Assembly: GCA_001773215.1 (NCBI GenBank)
Contig: MEWB01000001.1
Location: forward strand, 5,964 to 69,963
Length of the DNA stretch: 64,000 nt
Direction of reading: 5' to 3'
From: a candidate division WWE3 bacterium RIFOXYC1_FULL_40_10
Lineage (GTDB): Bacteria > Patescibacteriota > WWE3 > UBA101185 > UBA10185
This document shows positions 19,330 to 29,211 of the stretch, piece after piece. Made by a program: the position numbers and the translations under genes. The notes under the pieces were generated by a model that saw only the letters and a program-made list of their open reading frames with translations, did no database searches and was not told the origin of the DNA. The first letter of the stretch is position 1, and every line of letters begins with the position of its first letter.

Positions 19330-20970
19330 ATGCCAAGAAAATATTATTATGTCCTATTAATTAGCCTTTCGTTGTTTGTAAATACTCACACTTTTGCCAG
19401 TACAAAGAAACATTTTTATAACAATGGTGAAGTTCTAAATACGGTGGAGATTAATGACAGCACAGCGAACGGACCGGTGCTCACTAATTCTGATTACTAT
19501 GGTTATGCAGTAGAAAATATGGGAGATTTGGATGGTGATCAAATTCAAGATTTAGTTGTTGGTGCTAGACTGGATGATAATGGGGGAAATGGAAGGGGTG
19601 CAGTTCATATAAATTTTATGAACAGAGATGGCTCAGTTAAAAGCACGGTAGAGATTAACGATGGAACGGCAAATGGCCCTGTGCTCATAAATTCCGACTA
19701 TTATGGAACTTCCGCTGGAAATCTTGGGGACTTAGATGGAGATGGGATAAATGATCTGGCGGTCGGTGCCAGCTTTGATGATGCTGGGGGTACATCCAGG
19801 GGAGCAGTACATATTCATTTTATGAGTATGGACGGCTCTGTGAAAAGCTCAGTGGAGATAAACGATACTACTGTCAATGGACCCACCTTGGCTAATAACG
19901 ACCAATATGGAGACTCCTTAGAAGGTATCGGGGACTTGAATGGCGATGGAATACCTGATTTGGCCGTTGGATCAAAGGGTGACAATGGTGGCACAGACAG
20001 AGGTTCGATGTTTCTCCACTTTTTAAATAGGGATGGGTCTATAAAGAGCACAGTGGAAGTAAATGACAGCACATTGAATGGACCGGAGCTGAGTGATTCT
20101 GATTTTTATGGTTGTTCTATTACAAACCTTGGTGACTTAAACAGCGATGGAATACTTGATTTGGCGGTTGGCGCCTTTGGGGACAGCACAGGGGGCACAA
20201 GTAGGGGAGCTGTTTACATTCACTTTATGAGCACTGATGGTTCAATAAAGAGTACTGTTGAAATAAACGATGAAACAACAAATGGCCCTGAGTTGAGTGA
20301 CAGCGACTATTACGGATTTTCAATTGCCAATATTGGAGATTTGAATGGAGATAAAGTACAGGATTTGGCGATAGGTGCACGATTAGACGATAATGGCGGT
20401 ACTAGTCGAGGTGCAGTTCATATAAATTTTATGAACAGAGATGGTTCAGTTATAAACACGATTGAAATAAATGATGGTACTGAAAATGGACCTGTCTTAG
20501 CAGACACCGATATCTTTGGCCAATCTGTTGCCTACTTAGGGGATTTAAATAATGATGGTATTCAAGACTTGACCGTTGGTGCGTTTGGAGACGATAACGG
20601 TGGGACCGACCGCGGAGCAGTACATATTTTATTCATGAAACCTTTTTACACCCTTACCTTTCTCAAAGACACCTCCTGTAAAGACAGAGAACCTGAAGAA
20701 ACAACATGGCTTCAGCTCGCACCCAAAGACAATGGAATGTACCTAACCTGGACACAATACTCCTCCGACTATGTAGATATCAGGATTGATGATGGAACCG
20801 GAAGTTATCCATGGGAATTAGATAAAACAAAAAACGACGGGCATGAGTTTCTCCCAAACGTAGCATCTTGGCAGAAGATAAAAGTTAGAGGAATAAACGG
20901 ATGCAGGGAGGGGGATTTTTCTGCGGAAGTCTCGTATTCGAGCTATCCAATAGGATGGTATAACGAATAA
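19330..20970 (+). CDS. Secreted FG-GAP / integrin-alpha repeat protein
   Basis: Signal peptide; six ~63-aa repeats containing GDL(D/N)xDxxxDLxxGx; ~100-aa C-terminal domain. Confidence 0.88.
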   Translation: MPRKYYYVLLISLSLFVNTHTFASTKKHFYNNGEVLNTVEINDSTANGPVLTNSDYYGYAVENMGDLDGDQIQDLVVGARLDDNGGNGRGAVHINFMNRDGSVKSTVEINDGTANGPVLINSDYYGTSAGNLGDLDGDGINDLAVGASFDDAGGTSRGAVHIHFMSMDGSVKSSVEINDTTVNGPTLANNDQYGDSLEGIGDLNGDGIPDLAVGSKGDNGGTDRGSMFLHFLNRDGSIKSTVEVNDSTLNGPELSDSDFYGCSITNLGDLNSDGILDLAVGAFGDSTGGTSRGAVYIHFMSTDGSIKSTVEINDETTNGPELSDSDYYGFSIANIGDLNGDKVQDLAIGARLDDNGGTSRGAVHINFMNRDGSVINTIEINDGTENGPVLADTDIFGQSVAYLGDLNNDGIQDLTVGAFGDDNGGTDRGAVHILFMKPFYTLTFLKDTSCKDREPEETTWLQLAPKDNGMYLTWTQYSSDYVDIRIDDGTGSYPWELDKTKNDGHEFLPNVASWQKIKVRGINGCREGDFSAEVSYSSYPIGWYNE

Positions 20971-21013
20971 AAAAAGAGAGGCTTACCGTGGTATAAACCT
21001 CTCTTAACGTCTC

Positions 21014-21283
21014 TCATTCATCGCTTCCCTCTTCTTCGAGAATGAGTTGTACTATCACGTCATCTCCAAAGTAAGCGGGGATCATTTCTGCAAGTCTAGC
21101 ATTCACAGGAGCTCCATCATCATCATGATAAAGTTTGATTTTCTCCCACGGTGCTGTGTATGCCAATCCGTTCTTGGAGGATTCATCCCCATGGAACATG
21201 AATCTTTGCCCAACTTCGATTTGGGCAAATTCGGTTGCCTTGAGAGAGTATCTCTTTTTCTTCAAGGTCACTCCGCTGTTCAT
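21014..21283 (-). CDS. Small hypothetical protein (paralog of 21299-21553)
   Basis: SD AAAGGAGG; shares the PWxK...NAxL pattern. Confidence 0.6.
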   Translation of the reverse strand: MNSGVTLKKKRYSLKATEFAQIEVGQRFMFHGDESSKNGLAYTAPWEKIKLYHDDDGAPVNARLAEMIPAYFGDDVIVQLILEEEGSDE

Positions 21284-21298
21284 AGTACCTCCTTTCGG

Positions 21299-21553
21299 TT
21301 AAGATTCGATTGCCGGGGAGAGTTGCCATACTACGGTATCGTTAGAAAATTTGCCGAATAGATCATCTAGATGAGCATTGGTGATTTCGCCAGGTAAGCC
21401 TGGCATAGGTTTGACGTTGGTTTTAGTCCAAGGTCCTTGATAGCCTTCGGGACTTTCAGGAGTGATAAATCTGGCATTCACTTTTAGGTCCCCGAATAAG
21501 CCTCGTTTCACAAAGTAGCTAGCATCACCTAATTGGATAATAGTCCTGTCCAT
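21299..21553 (-). CDS. Small hypothetical protein (paralog of 21014-21283)
   Basis: SD GGAGGAG; TGgTATAAT upstream. Confidence 0.6.
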   Translation of the reverse strand: MDRTIIQLGDASYFVKRGLFGDLKVNARFITPESPEGYQGPWTKTNVKPMPGLPGEITNAHLDDLFGKFSNDTVVWQLSPAIES

Positions 21554-21596
21554 TTCTCCTCCAATCTCAATATCTATAAGCTATTATACCACCAGT

Positions 21597-22466
21597 CTAT
21601 AGTTTTCCGGCACTACCGAATAACTTTATTTTCCCCTCAACTACTTTACGAACTTCATCTATTGGTTTGGCCATCACTTTGTAAATGGCTATTTCGTTTG
21701 TATTGTTTAACACTTCTTGCAGAGTCATCTTAAAAGCTATGCGCATTTCGGAATTGACGTTAACTTTTACAATACCGTAATCGCTTATTGCCCTTATAAC
21801 ATCAGCCTCAATAATTCCCGAACCACCGTGAAGTGAAAAATAAGTATCCGGATTTAGTTCCCGTAATTTTGCCAATACCTCAAAACTAATATGTTTTGGA
21901 GTTTTATATAGTCCGTGTAGATTGCCAAAAAATCCTGCAAATACATCAATCCCCGTTTCGGAAATAAACTTTTGGGCTTTCTCCGGGTTCGTATACAATT
22001 TAGCGTCTTGAAAGGACTCGGAAGCCTGTTCAGTGTGGTCTGCGGAACTTCCCTCGATATGATCGATCTCACTTTCTATCGGAATTCCTGCCTTATGAGC
22101 ATAGTCGGCTAACTGGCGGGCGTTAGTTACAGCCTCAGAGAATTCCACTTTTCCGGCATCATAGTGCACATAGTCGAATCCGGCATCAATTGCCTGTTTT
22201 ACCATTTGAGGATCAGTTCCATGGTCAAGATTTAAAATTATGGGAAGGTTCAGATCTTCTTCAAAAGACCGGACCAAGGCAACTATTTGATTTACTCCGA
22301 TATACGCCACCTCTCCGGGGGATGCCTCTATAAATAGGGGGGACTTAAGATTGATACCTGCTTGAGTAACTGCTTTAATAGTTTCTAAATTTGCGGCATT
22401 AAACGCGCCAATAGCAAATTTTTCAGCTTTGGCTTTTTGTAGATAAGTGTAGGCCTTGCCGCTCAT
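21597..22466 (-). CDS. fba: Class II fructose-bisphosphate aldolase
   Basis: AIGAFN, NLDHG, GNLHG, LHGGSG, KVNVNS; start moved to ATG 22466. Confidence 0.92.
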   Translation of the reverse strand: MSGKAYTYLQKAKAEKFAIGAFNAANLETIKAVTQAGINLKSPLFIEASPGEVAYIGVNQIVALVRSFEEDLNLPIILNLDHGTDPQMVKQAIDAGFDYVHYDAGKVEFSEAVTNARQLADYAHKAGIPIESEIDHIEGSSADHTEQASESFQDAKLYTNPEKAQKFISETGIDVFAGFFGNLHGLYKTPKHISFEVLAKLRELNPDTYFSLHGGSGIIEADVIRAISDYGIVKVNVNSEMRIAFKMTLQEVLNNTNEIAIYKVMAKPIDEVRKVVEGKIKLFGSAGKL

Positions 22467-23401
22467 AATTTTTCGATCTCCTTTAGTGATAATAGACCTT
22501 TGTTTGCTCCAACTTCTCTTATTGCATAACTTGAATTGATAGTTCCCCACTTTAATGCCTCCTTCATGCTCTTTCCATGAATAATTGCCGACATAAACCC
22601 CGCCGAAAAAGCATCCCCGGCCCCTGTTTTATTATCTACCGGCTTGTGCGCTATTTCATATATTTGGCGCTGTTCAAATTTTCCGGTTACGTCTTTTGCA
22701 GTAGCGCCGTTTTTTCCGTCGGTAATTACTGTCAGTTTGGGACCGAGTTTGTGCAAGTGATTGTGTATTTCCGAAACATTGGAATCGTAGTGAAGTTCAG
22801 TGAGCTTTATCGCTTCTTCTCTATTTACAATTAATATATCGGTAATAGAGAACACATTTTTAAGTTTATCAATCCCCGCTTTCATGTGAACCGTTCCCGG
22901 ATTCATCGCAAGTCCTGTACCAGTCCTTTTAACGTGTTCAATGAGCTTTGCCTGAAATTCTGGAAAATTCTCGGCTAATGAAGTGTAATAAATCCACTTT
23001 GTTTGGGGCCATTTGGTAATTTTATAGTTGAATTTTTCGTGATAGCTAAAAATTGTTCTGTCTGTACCAAAAACAATAATGGGGTGAACGTTTGTCATTT
23101 TTCCCTTGTTTATTACAACGGTTTTTATTCCCACTCTTCCGTTTTTTAATATTTGAATAACAAGTTTTGCATTTTGGTCATTGCCCAGTTCCGTGTAAAT
23201 TCCGGTCTTAACACCTAATTTGGCGCATCCCAATGCAACATTCACAGCGTTGCCCGCCACCGCAGATTCAAAGCTATTTACCATTATTTTAGTTCCGTGA
23301 AAAAAACAAACTTTACCCTGATACGGATCAAGTTCAGTATCAGAAATTCTCATGTATAAATCTATAGCGCTGTCGCCAATGGTGAGTAAATCTAAGGGCA
23401 T
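22463..23401 (-). CDS. PfkB-family carbohydrate kinase
   Basis: GNAVNVA, NREEA, VITDG, TGAGDAF. Confidence 0.92.
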   Translation of the reverse strand: MPLDLLTIGDSAIDLYMRISDTELDPYQGKVCFFHGTKIMVNSFESAVAGNAVNVALGCAKLGVKTGIYTELGNDQNAKLVIQILKNGRVGIKTVVINKGKMTNVHPIIVFGTDRTIFSYHEKFNYKITKWPQTKWIYYTSLAENFPEFQAKLIEHVKRTGTGLAMNPGTVHMKAGIDKLKNVFSITDILIVNREEAIKLTELHYDSNVSEIHNHLHKLGPKLTVITDGKNGATAKDVTGKFEQRQIYEIAHKPVDNKTGAGDAFSAGFMSAIIHGKSMKEALKWGTINSSYAIREVGANKGLLSLKEIEKL

Positions 23402-23483
23402 TACAATAATAATAGCACAACTCATGTTGCTTATATGTAAGCCCTATAGTACAATATTTTCCAAATATCCCATGGAGGTAAAC

Positions 23484-23873
23484 ATGTTTCGATTGGTAAA
23501 CGGTTTCAACCTGAGCACTAAGGGGAAGAGTGTTGGGTTCGTGATATTCATTGCTGATACCAATGGTCCTGGAAGGATGCGAAACGAGAGTTTTGTACTG
23601 CAAGATAAATCCCGAAACACTGTGGCTAATTTTGCGGCGTCAGTTTTGTATAAACTGGAAATTGGAAATTATAGATGGGATAAGGAAGTGTTGAGTGCAC
23701 ATTTGGGAACGGAGGGGCCCTTTGTTGACTTAATCGAAATTTCCAGAGAAGGATCCGATATATTTCCTCGGATGTACAAGATTTCGAGCATCCGTAACCC
23801 TTCAGTGTATGTCATTGTGGGTGAAGATGTCCTAAAGGAATTTCTCACAGAGTTAAAAGAATATTTTGAGTAG
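23484..23873 (+). CDS. Hypothetical protein inserted antisense in the sugar-metabolism cluster
   Basis: TTGCTT-17-TACAAT promoter, SD GGAGGT, ATG 23484. Confidence 0.6.
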   Translation: MFRLVNGFNLSTKGKSVGFVIFIADTNGPGRMRNESFVLQDKSRNTVANFAASVLYKLEIGNYRWDKEVLSAHLGTEGPFVDLIEISREGSDIFPRMYKISSIRNPSVYVIVGEDVLKEFLTELKEYFE

Positions 23874-23899
23874 CAGATTTAAGGTCCTTGGGATACAAC

Positions 23900-24835
23900 T
23901 CACAGGGCCTTAATTTTTTCAGCAATACTTTTTGAGTCTAGGCAAAATTTTTGCAATAAATCCTCATAGCTACCTGATACACCAAATGCATCATTAACAC
24001 CCAGGCGTGTGATAGTCATTGGTACCTTATGTTCATTCAGCATTTCAAGCACGGCACTCCCAAATCCCCCGCTCAACTGATGTTCTTCCACAGTTAATAC
24101 TTTTCCGGTTTTGCTTATGGATTTCAGAATTGTTTCGGCATCAAGGGGTTTAATCGTAGGACAGGCGATCAGCTCGATATCCTTATCCAGCATTTCCATG
24201 GCCTTAAGCACTTCCGCTGTGATTACTCCCGTGCAGAGTACCGTTATAGCAGATCCTTTTCTCAAGACGTAGGTTTTTCCGATTTGAAAATCATCCTTTT
24301 CTGAAGTGATACACTCCGTATCTGTTTTAGATAATCTAATGTACACAGGTCCCTTATACTTAACAGCCTCCGACACAGCCTTTATAGTTTGGTAATAATC
24401 AATAGGGGATATAACCGTCATTTTTGGTAAAACTCTCATCAAGGCAATATCTTCTAAAGCCTCCGCGGTTTGGCCATCGGGCGCATTCGAAAAGCCACTG
24501 TGTGTACTGGCGATTTTCACATTAGCTCCATTTTCTCCACTCATACAAATCGAAACTCTTATTTGATCCCAGTTTCTCGAAGGACTAAACGCGGCGTGGG
24601 ATGTTATAAAAGGAATTTTGTTACACAAAGAAAGCCCTGCGGCAATACTTGCCATGTTCTGTTCGGCTATACCTGTTTGGATAAATCGATTCGGGAATTT
24701 TTTTGCAAATTTGTCGACTCTAACAGACTCTGTTAAATCGGCAGACAATACTACGATGTCAGGGTTTTCCCCCAACTCCAGCAGACTATCTCCAAGCCCG
24801 TCTCGGGTAGATTTTTTTTCGATTTCCATGGGCAA
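23900..24835 (-). CDS. Transketolase, C-terminal subunit
   Basis: GIAEQNM, GPVYIRL, VEEHQLSGGFGS. Confidence 0.93.
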   Translation of the reverse strand: MPMEIEKKSTRDGLGDSLLELGENPDIVVLSADLTESVRVDKFAKKFPNRFIQTGIAEQNMASIAAGLSLCNKIPFITSHAAFSPSRNWDQIRVSICMSGENGANVKIASTHSGFSNAPDGQTAEALEDIALMRVLPKMTVISPIDYYQTIKAVSEAVKYKGPVYIRLSKTDTECITSEKDDFQIGKTYVLRKGSAITVLCTGVITAEVLKAMEMLDKDIELIACPTIKPLDAETILKSISKTGKVLTVEEHQLSGGFGSAVLEMLNEHKVPMTITRLGVNDAFGVSGSYEDLLQKFCLDSKSIAEKIKAL

Positions 24836-24836
24836 T

Positions 24837-25418
24837 TTATAGGGCTACTACTTCATCTTCCGAGGTCTGTTGTGTATTGTCTTCCGGTTCACAAGAATCA
24901 ACCCTTTTTACTCTTTCAAATTCAATAGTCCAGTCGGTCTTTGATATGGCGACCATGTCTACCGAAACATTAGGATCGTTTTCCAATACACAATTATCTC
25001 CTTTTTCTGTTTCTAGCACGGAGACCACGAGAGTTTTGCTGTCCTTTTTCTCATATATTTTCTTAATTTTTAAAGAATGACCTGTTTCCTTCTCGGATTC
25101 GGTAGATGCGGCTATCAGCATTTCCTTATTAAAATCAACAGGATCTCTAAGAATTGTGAGCCCTGTGGTATCTACTAAATTCAAGAACTTGCTTAATTCC
25201 TCCTCAGTTCTAATTACTAGTCTTTGTTTTTCAATCTCGGTATCTACATAAATAACGGTCGGGAACCCTTCCATTCTTCTTAGTTGAAAGCCTCGAGTCC
25301 ACTTGCTTAGATCAATTTCTCCTCTCAAAAGCATATAACCCGCTCCGGCAATTAAAACTAAGATAATTACCAGGGGAACCATACTCATATTTAATGTTGT
25401 TTGCTGTCTATTAGTCAT
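24837..25418 (-). CDS. Membrane-anchored protein, PrcB C-terminal-like domain
   Basis: N-terminal TM helix; VDFNKEMLI...TGHSLKI pattern. Confidence 0.5.
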   Translation of the reverse strand: MTNRQQTTLNMSMVPLVIILVLIAGAGYMLLRGEIDLSKWTRGFQLRRMEGFPTVIYVDTEIEKQRLVIRTEEELSKFLNLVDTTGLTILRDPVDFNKEMLIAASTESEKETGHSLKIKKIYEKKDSKTLVVSVLETEKGDNCVLENDPNVSVDMVAISKTDWTIEFERVKRVDSCEPEDNTQQTSEDEVVAL

Positions 25419-25469
25419 ATTGTATATTCTATCAGGCAGTTGCTAATGTGCAACCCGCAGGTTGTAAGG

Positions 25470-26312
25470 TCAGACCTTGCTTATTCTGTTTGACAGTGTG
25501 CTTAATTCGGCCAATGCTTTCTTGGCTTCTGTCTTGTTAAAGGATTTGCCGTGCCATTCGTATTTATTTTCCATAAAATCAATCCCTTTGCCGGGTGTAG
25601 TATTCGCAATAATTGCCGACGGCCTTTGGGTAACATTTCTTGCCATGTTACAAGCGCTAACTATTTCTTCAATATCGTGCCCATTGATTTCCATAACATT
25701 CCAATTAAAAGCCTCTAATTTAGCTCTTAGTTGCTCCAACGGCATCAATTCTTCAGTGTTTCCACTCAGTTGAATTCTGTTCCTATCAATAATCCACGCT
25801 AAGTTAGCAAGATTATATTTTGGTGCTAACATTGCCGCTTCCCAAATTTGTCCTTCCTGAAGCTCTCCATCTCCGGTAATGCAATAAACACGATAATCCT
25901 TTTGGTCTATTATTGCCGCTAATGCCATGCCAATTGCTTGTGATAATCCCTGTCCCAAACTCCCGCTTGTATTCTCAATGCCGGGAATCGAGGCTAAAAC
26001 CGGATGACCCTGGAGTGGGGAGTCGAATTTTCTCAATTTCCAAAGAAGTTTCTCGTCAAAATATCCCCTTTCTGCAAGGGTAGCGTACCACACAGGAACC
26101 ATATGCCCAGCAGATAAAACTAACCGATCTCTGTTGGGGTCATCAGGTTTGTGGGGGTCAATGTTCATAACTTCAAAATACAAAGCAGCGAATACCTCGG
26201 CCATGCCGATAGCCCCGGCAGGGTGTCCGGATCCCGCTTCCAAAAGCATTGTAACGATATTCTTGCGTATTTTAATGGCAAGTTCTTCAAGGTGGCAGAT
26301 CTTATTTAGCAC
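25470..26312 (-). CDS. Transketolase, N-terminal subunit
   Basis: SGHP, DRLVLSAGH, GSLGQG, GDGELQEG (ThDP motif); start moved to GTG 26312 (TATAAT ends 7 nt upstream). Confidence 0.93.
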   Translation of the reverse strand: MLNKICHLEELAIKIRKNIVTMLLEAGSGHPAGAIGMAEVFAALYFEVMNIDPHKPDDPNRDRLVLSAGHMVPVWYATLAERGYFDEKLLWKLRKFDSPLQGHPVLASIPGIENTSGSLGQGLSQAIGMALAAIIDQKDYRVYCITGDGELQEGQIWEAAMLAPKYNLANLAWIIDRNRIQLSGNTEELMPLEQLRAKLEAFNWNVMEINGHDIEEIVSACNMARNVTQRPSAIIANTTPGKGIDFMENKYEWHGKSFNKTEAKKALAELSTLSNRISKV

Positions 26313-26368
26313 TCTCAAAATTATATCAGGTACTAGTGATATAATGTCGGATATCAAAGGAGTGGTAT

Positions 26369-26764
26369 ATGGATAAAAACAAATGGTTGCTACATCTCGG
26401 TGTCCTTGTCCTAGCAGTTTTGTTTCTTGTTTTTACTGTTATTCTGGATACTGAGCCCCCTTCCGTTCAGTGGTATGCGTACAAGGTTGTTACAGTTCTG
26501 TTAGCAATACCCGTTCTATATTTGGTTCAAAAAATCCAAAACCAGGAGGGAAGTTTAGACAGGTTAGGAGGGAGGGAAATTATGCTTATGGACCTGGTAA
26601 AGTGGTCCATGATTTTCGTCTTGCTTATGGTACCACTACTGTTAACAATGGGGCAGAAGTATGGCATTGTGGATAGTGCACTATATTTGGCATCAGCAGG
26701 TTCAGAGATGTTTGTTGTGTTAGCTGGAGTAATTCCGGGAATGGGAAGATGCGAGGTTGTATGA
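26369..26764 (+). CDS. Small membrane hypothetical protein
   Basis: SD AAAGGAG, four hydrophobic segments, hairpin after the stop. Confidence 0.6.
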   Translation: MDKNKWLLHLGVLVLAVLFLVFTVILDTEPPSVQWYAYKVVTVLLAIPVLYLVQKIQNQEGSLDRLGGREIMLMDLVKWSMIFVLLMVPLLLTMGQKYGIVDSALYLASAGSEMFVVLAGVIPGMGRCEVV

Positions 26765-26805
26765 GATAAAGAAACAGACCTGTTTGGAGCGAAACCCGGA
26801 CAGGT

Positions 26806-27402
26806 TTATTTTTCGAAGTTTTTTACAAAATCCAAAACTTCTTGCGGAGTGCTACACACTTTTAACATGGATATTTCCTCTTCGATAGTCATATTGGATC
26901 GTAATACGTTTAAAATGCTTTCCCAAAATTTTCCGAATAATATTATAGGTTTATTGTTAGGTTCGTGTATCCAAGAACTTATCCAAGTCATTCCAAATTC
27001 GCTTAATGTACCGATGCTTCCGTTAAAAACGATGTGAATATCTGTATTTTGTAACATTACTTTGGTTCTATCAAAGTAGTCTAGGGTTAAAATTTCCTCG
27101 TCGAACTTATTTTCAAGGTCTGTGCCCTCATAATGTCTTTTGGGTTTGTTAGGGTGATAGGTTATAGCAACGGCCCTCGTCCCGCCCTCATGCGCTCCTT
27201 CTGTGGCGGCTCTCATTACACCGGGTCCACCGCCGTTTATTATTTCGTATCCGTTTTGAGCTAAAATTTTGGCTACTTCGAATGCGTCTTTGTATGTTTG
27301 GTCGGTGTCCTTCCATGCGGCGCCGCCAAGTATTGCGATTTTCACCACGGTTTTTGCATCATACAAGGATGTAATGTTATTCGCTTGGGCAGAATCTTGC
27401 AT
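26806..27402 (-). CDS. LOG-family nucleotide monophosphate nucleosidase
   Basis: GGGPGVMRA, GSIGTLSE, PIILFG. Confidence 0.85.
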   Translation of the reverse strand: MQDSAQANNITSLYDAKTVVKIAILGGAAWKDTDQTYKDAFEVAKILAQNGYEIINGGGPGVMRAATEGAHEGGTRAVAITYHPNKPKRHYEGTDLENKFDEEILTLDYFDRTKVMLQNTDIHIVFNGSIGTLSEFGMTWISSWIHEPNNKPIILFGKFWESILNVLRSNMTIEEEISMLKVCSTPQEVLDFVKNFEK

Positions 27403-27408
27403 ATCCAG

Positions 27409-28035
27409 TTAGTTTAACAGGTATGTGAATTTTTTATAAGTCTCAATGGGATTAGCTGTTCTAAAGATACCGGTTCCAACTACCACATTAGTTACCCCGG
27501 CGTCTCTTAGTTGTGAGATGTTTTCTAGTTTCGCTCCTCCGTCCGATTGAACAGTAATTTGAGGGTATTTTATGCGGAAAGTTTTAATTTTTTCCAGCAC
27601 ATGGGGAAGCAGGGGATTGCCCTGTACTCCTGCTTTTATCGTCATAAACTGAACGTAGTCCACTTTGTTTATCCAAGGTTCAATATTTTCCAGAGGTGTA
27701 TTTTCCAATACTGATATTCCTGTTTCATACCCATGAGCTCTAGCTATCTTTACGAAATCATGGATTTTATCGTAAGCCTCAACCTGGGCACATACTGCTT
27801 TTACATGGGACAGTTTATCTTTTAGGTATAAACATGGATTTTTTGTCATCAAATGAATCTCCAGTTGGGATTTTGATACCAGCTTGTCGATTGTCCCAAT
27901 ATTAAGAAATGTCTTTGTAGGAACTAATGTACCATCTAGAACATCGATTTGAATCTGTTCGGCTACTTCCGAAATGATCGCTAGTTTCTTTTTTATCTCT
28001 TGCAGGTCACTTTCTAAAATTACCGGTATGATCAT
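27409..28035 (-). CDS. rpe: Ribulose-phosphate 3-epimerase
   Basis: QIDVLDG, EIHLM, GVQG, SDGG, VVGT. Confidence 0.88.
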   Translation of the reverse strand: MIIPVILESDLQEIKKKLAIISEVAEQIQIDVLDGTLVPTKTFLNIGTIDKLVSKSQLEIHLMTKNPCLYLKDKLSHVKAVCAQVEAYDKIHDFVKIARAHGYETGISVLENTPLENIEPWINKVDYVQFMTIKAGVQGNPLLPHVLEKIKTFRIKYPQITVQSDGGAKLENISQLRDAGVTNVVVGTGIFRTANPIETYKKFTYLLN

Positions 28036-28463
28036 TTTTCTATTTTTCTTAATCTTCTAATGTGCCGTTCCTCATTGCTAAATTGTGTCTTGAGCCAGGA
28101 TTCTACAGTTCGCAGAGCAGTGTCCTCACTGATGTATAGGGCGGGAAGTGCCAGCACATTTGTGTTATCGTCGCTTTTGGAGGTTTTAGCATGTTCAGGA
28201 GTCCAGGAAAGGCCGGCTCTAATTCCCTTAAATTTATTCGCATACATGCATACTCCCACACCGTTTTTACACAAAACTATCCCTTTGGATTCAGGGTCAT
28301 TTATAATTTTTTCGGCTAATGGCTTTACATAATCGGGGTAATCGTCGTCGGGGGACAGTACTTTTGGCCCAATATCCTCCACTGCTAAATTATTCACTTC
28401 TAAAAATTTAATAATTGTCTGTTTCAGGCCAAAACCTCCGTGATCCGAGGCAATATATATCAT
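28032..28463 (-). CDS. rpiB: Ribose-5-phosphate isomerase B
   Basis: ASDHGG, DDYPD, CKNGVG, ANKFKGIRA, RHIRR. Confidence 0.93.
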   Translation of the reverse strand: MIYIASDHGGFGLKQTIIKFLEVNNLAVEDIGPKVLSPDDDYPDYVKPLAEKIINDPESKGIVLCKNGVGVCMYANKFKGIRAGLSWTPEHAKTSKSDDNTNVLALPALYISEDTALRTVESWLKTQFSNEERHIRRLRKIEK

Positions 28464-28478
28464 ATTTTTAGTATAGCA

Positions 28479-29204
28479 CTACAGTTTTTCTTTGTAATTT
28501 AGGACTAAGAAAAATGATGCCACCAAGAATACAAGAATGGAAATTATGTGTGCAGTGTTTAATCCGTAGATCTTCCACGGCTCTATACGCATGAACTCTA
28601 AAGAAAATCTTATAGCAGAATAACCTATCAGATAGATCCAAACAAAAGTGCCTTTTTTCAGTTTGGTTCTAAGCTTTAGGTATCCAAAATAAAGCCCAAC
28701 AAAAAGTAGAACATTCAAAATTGCTTCGTACAAAAACAGGGGGTGAAATGTTTCGGATTTTAAAAACTGGCTTGGGCGCAACCCATAAGGAATGTGCCAT
28801 CCCCAGGGTAAGTTTGTAGGTACTCCAAAAACCTCCCTATTAAAATAATTACCTAAGCGTCCAATGGCTTGACCTAACGGAACCACAACTGCAGCTATGT
28901 CCACCCAGTCAGCCAACTTGACTTTTTTCCATCGAAAATAGATCACCAGAGCAATAAAGCCCCCAAGTAGACCCCCTATAATTCCCAGCCCGCCACTCCA
29001 AACCATTATAATTTTAAGGGGAAACAGGGCGTAGTAGTTCCAATAGTGAATTACGTGATATACTCTGGCTCCAAGTATTCCACCGATTACTAAAAACAAG
29101 GCACTGTCCCAGATAACTGTGGATGGTTTTTTTGAGGTTTTAGCAAGTTTTTCGGCAATGGCCAAAGAAGTCCAGATTCCAAGAGATATTAATATTCCGT
29201 ACAT
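28479..29204 (-). CDS. lgt: Prolipoprotein diacylglyceryl transferase
   Basis: GARVYHV, GQAIGRLGNYFNRE, HPLFLYE, RFSLEFMR. Confidence 0.95.
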   Translation of the reverse strand: MYGILISLGIWTSLAIAEKLAKTSKKPSTVIWDSALFLVIGGILGARVYHVIHYWNYYALFPLKIIMVWSGGLGIIGGLLGGFIALVIYFRWKKVKLADWVDIAAVVVPLGQAIGRLGNYFNREVFGVPTNLPWGWHIPYGLRPSQFLKSETFHPLFLYEAILNVLLFVGLYFGYLKLRTKLKKGTFVWIYLIGYSAIRFSLEFMRIEPWKIYGLNTAHIISILVFLVASFFLVLNYKEKL

Positions 29205-29211
29205 TTACCGA

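Noticed and set aside
19420-20640. Periodic DNA repeats that might suggest a CRISPR array
   Set aside because: They are ~189-bp degenerate coding repeats of the FG-GAP protein; no identical repeat-spacer pattern or cas genes in the window
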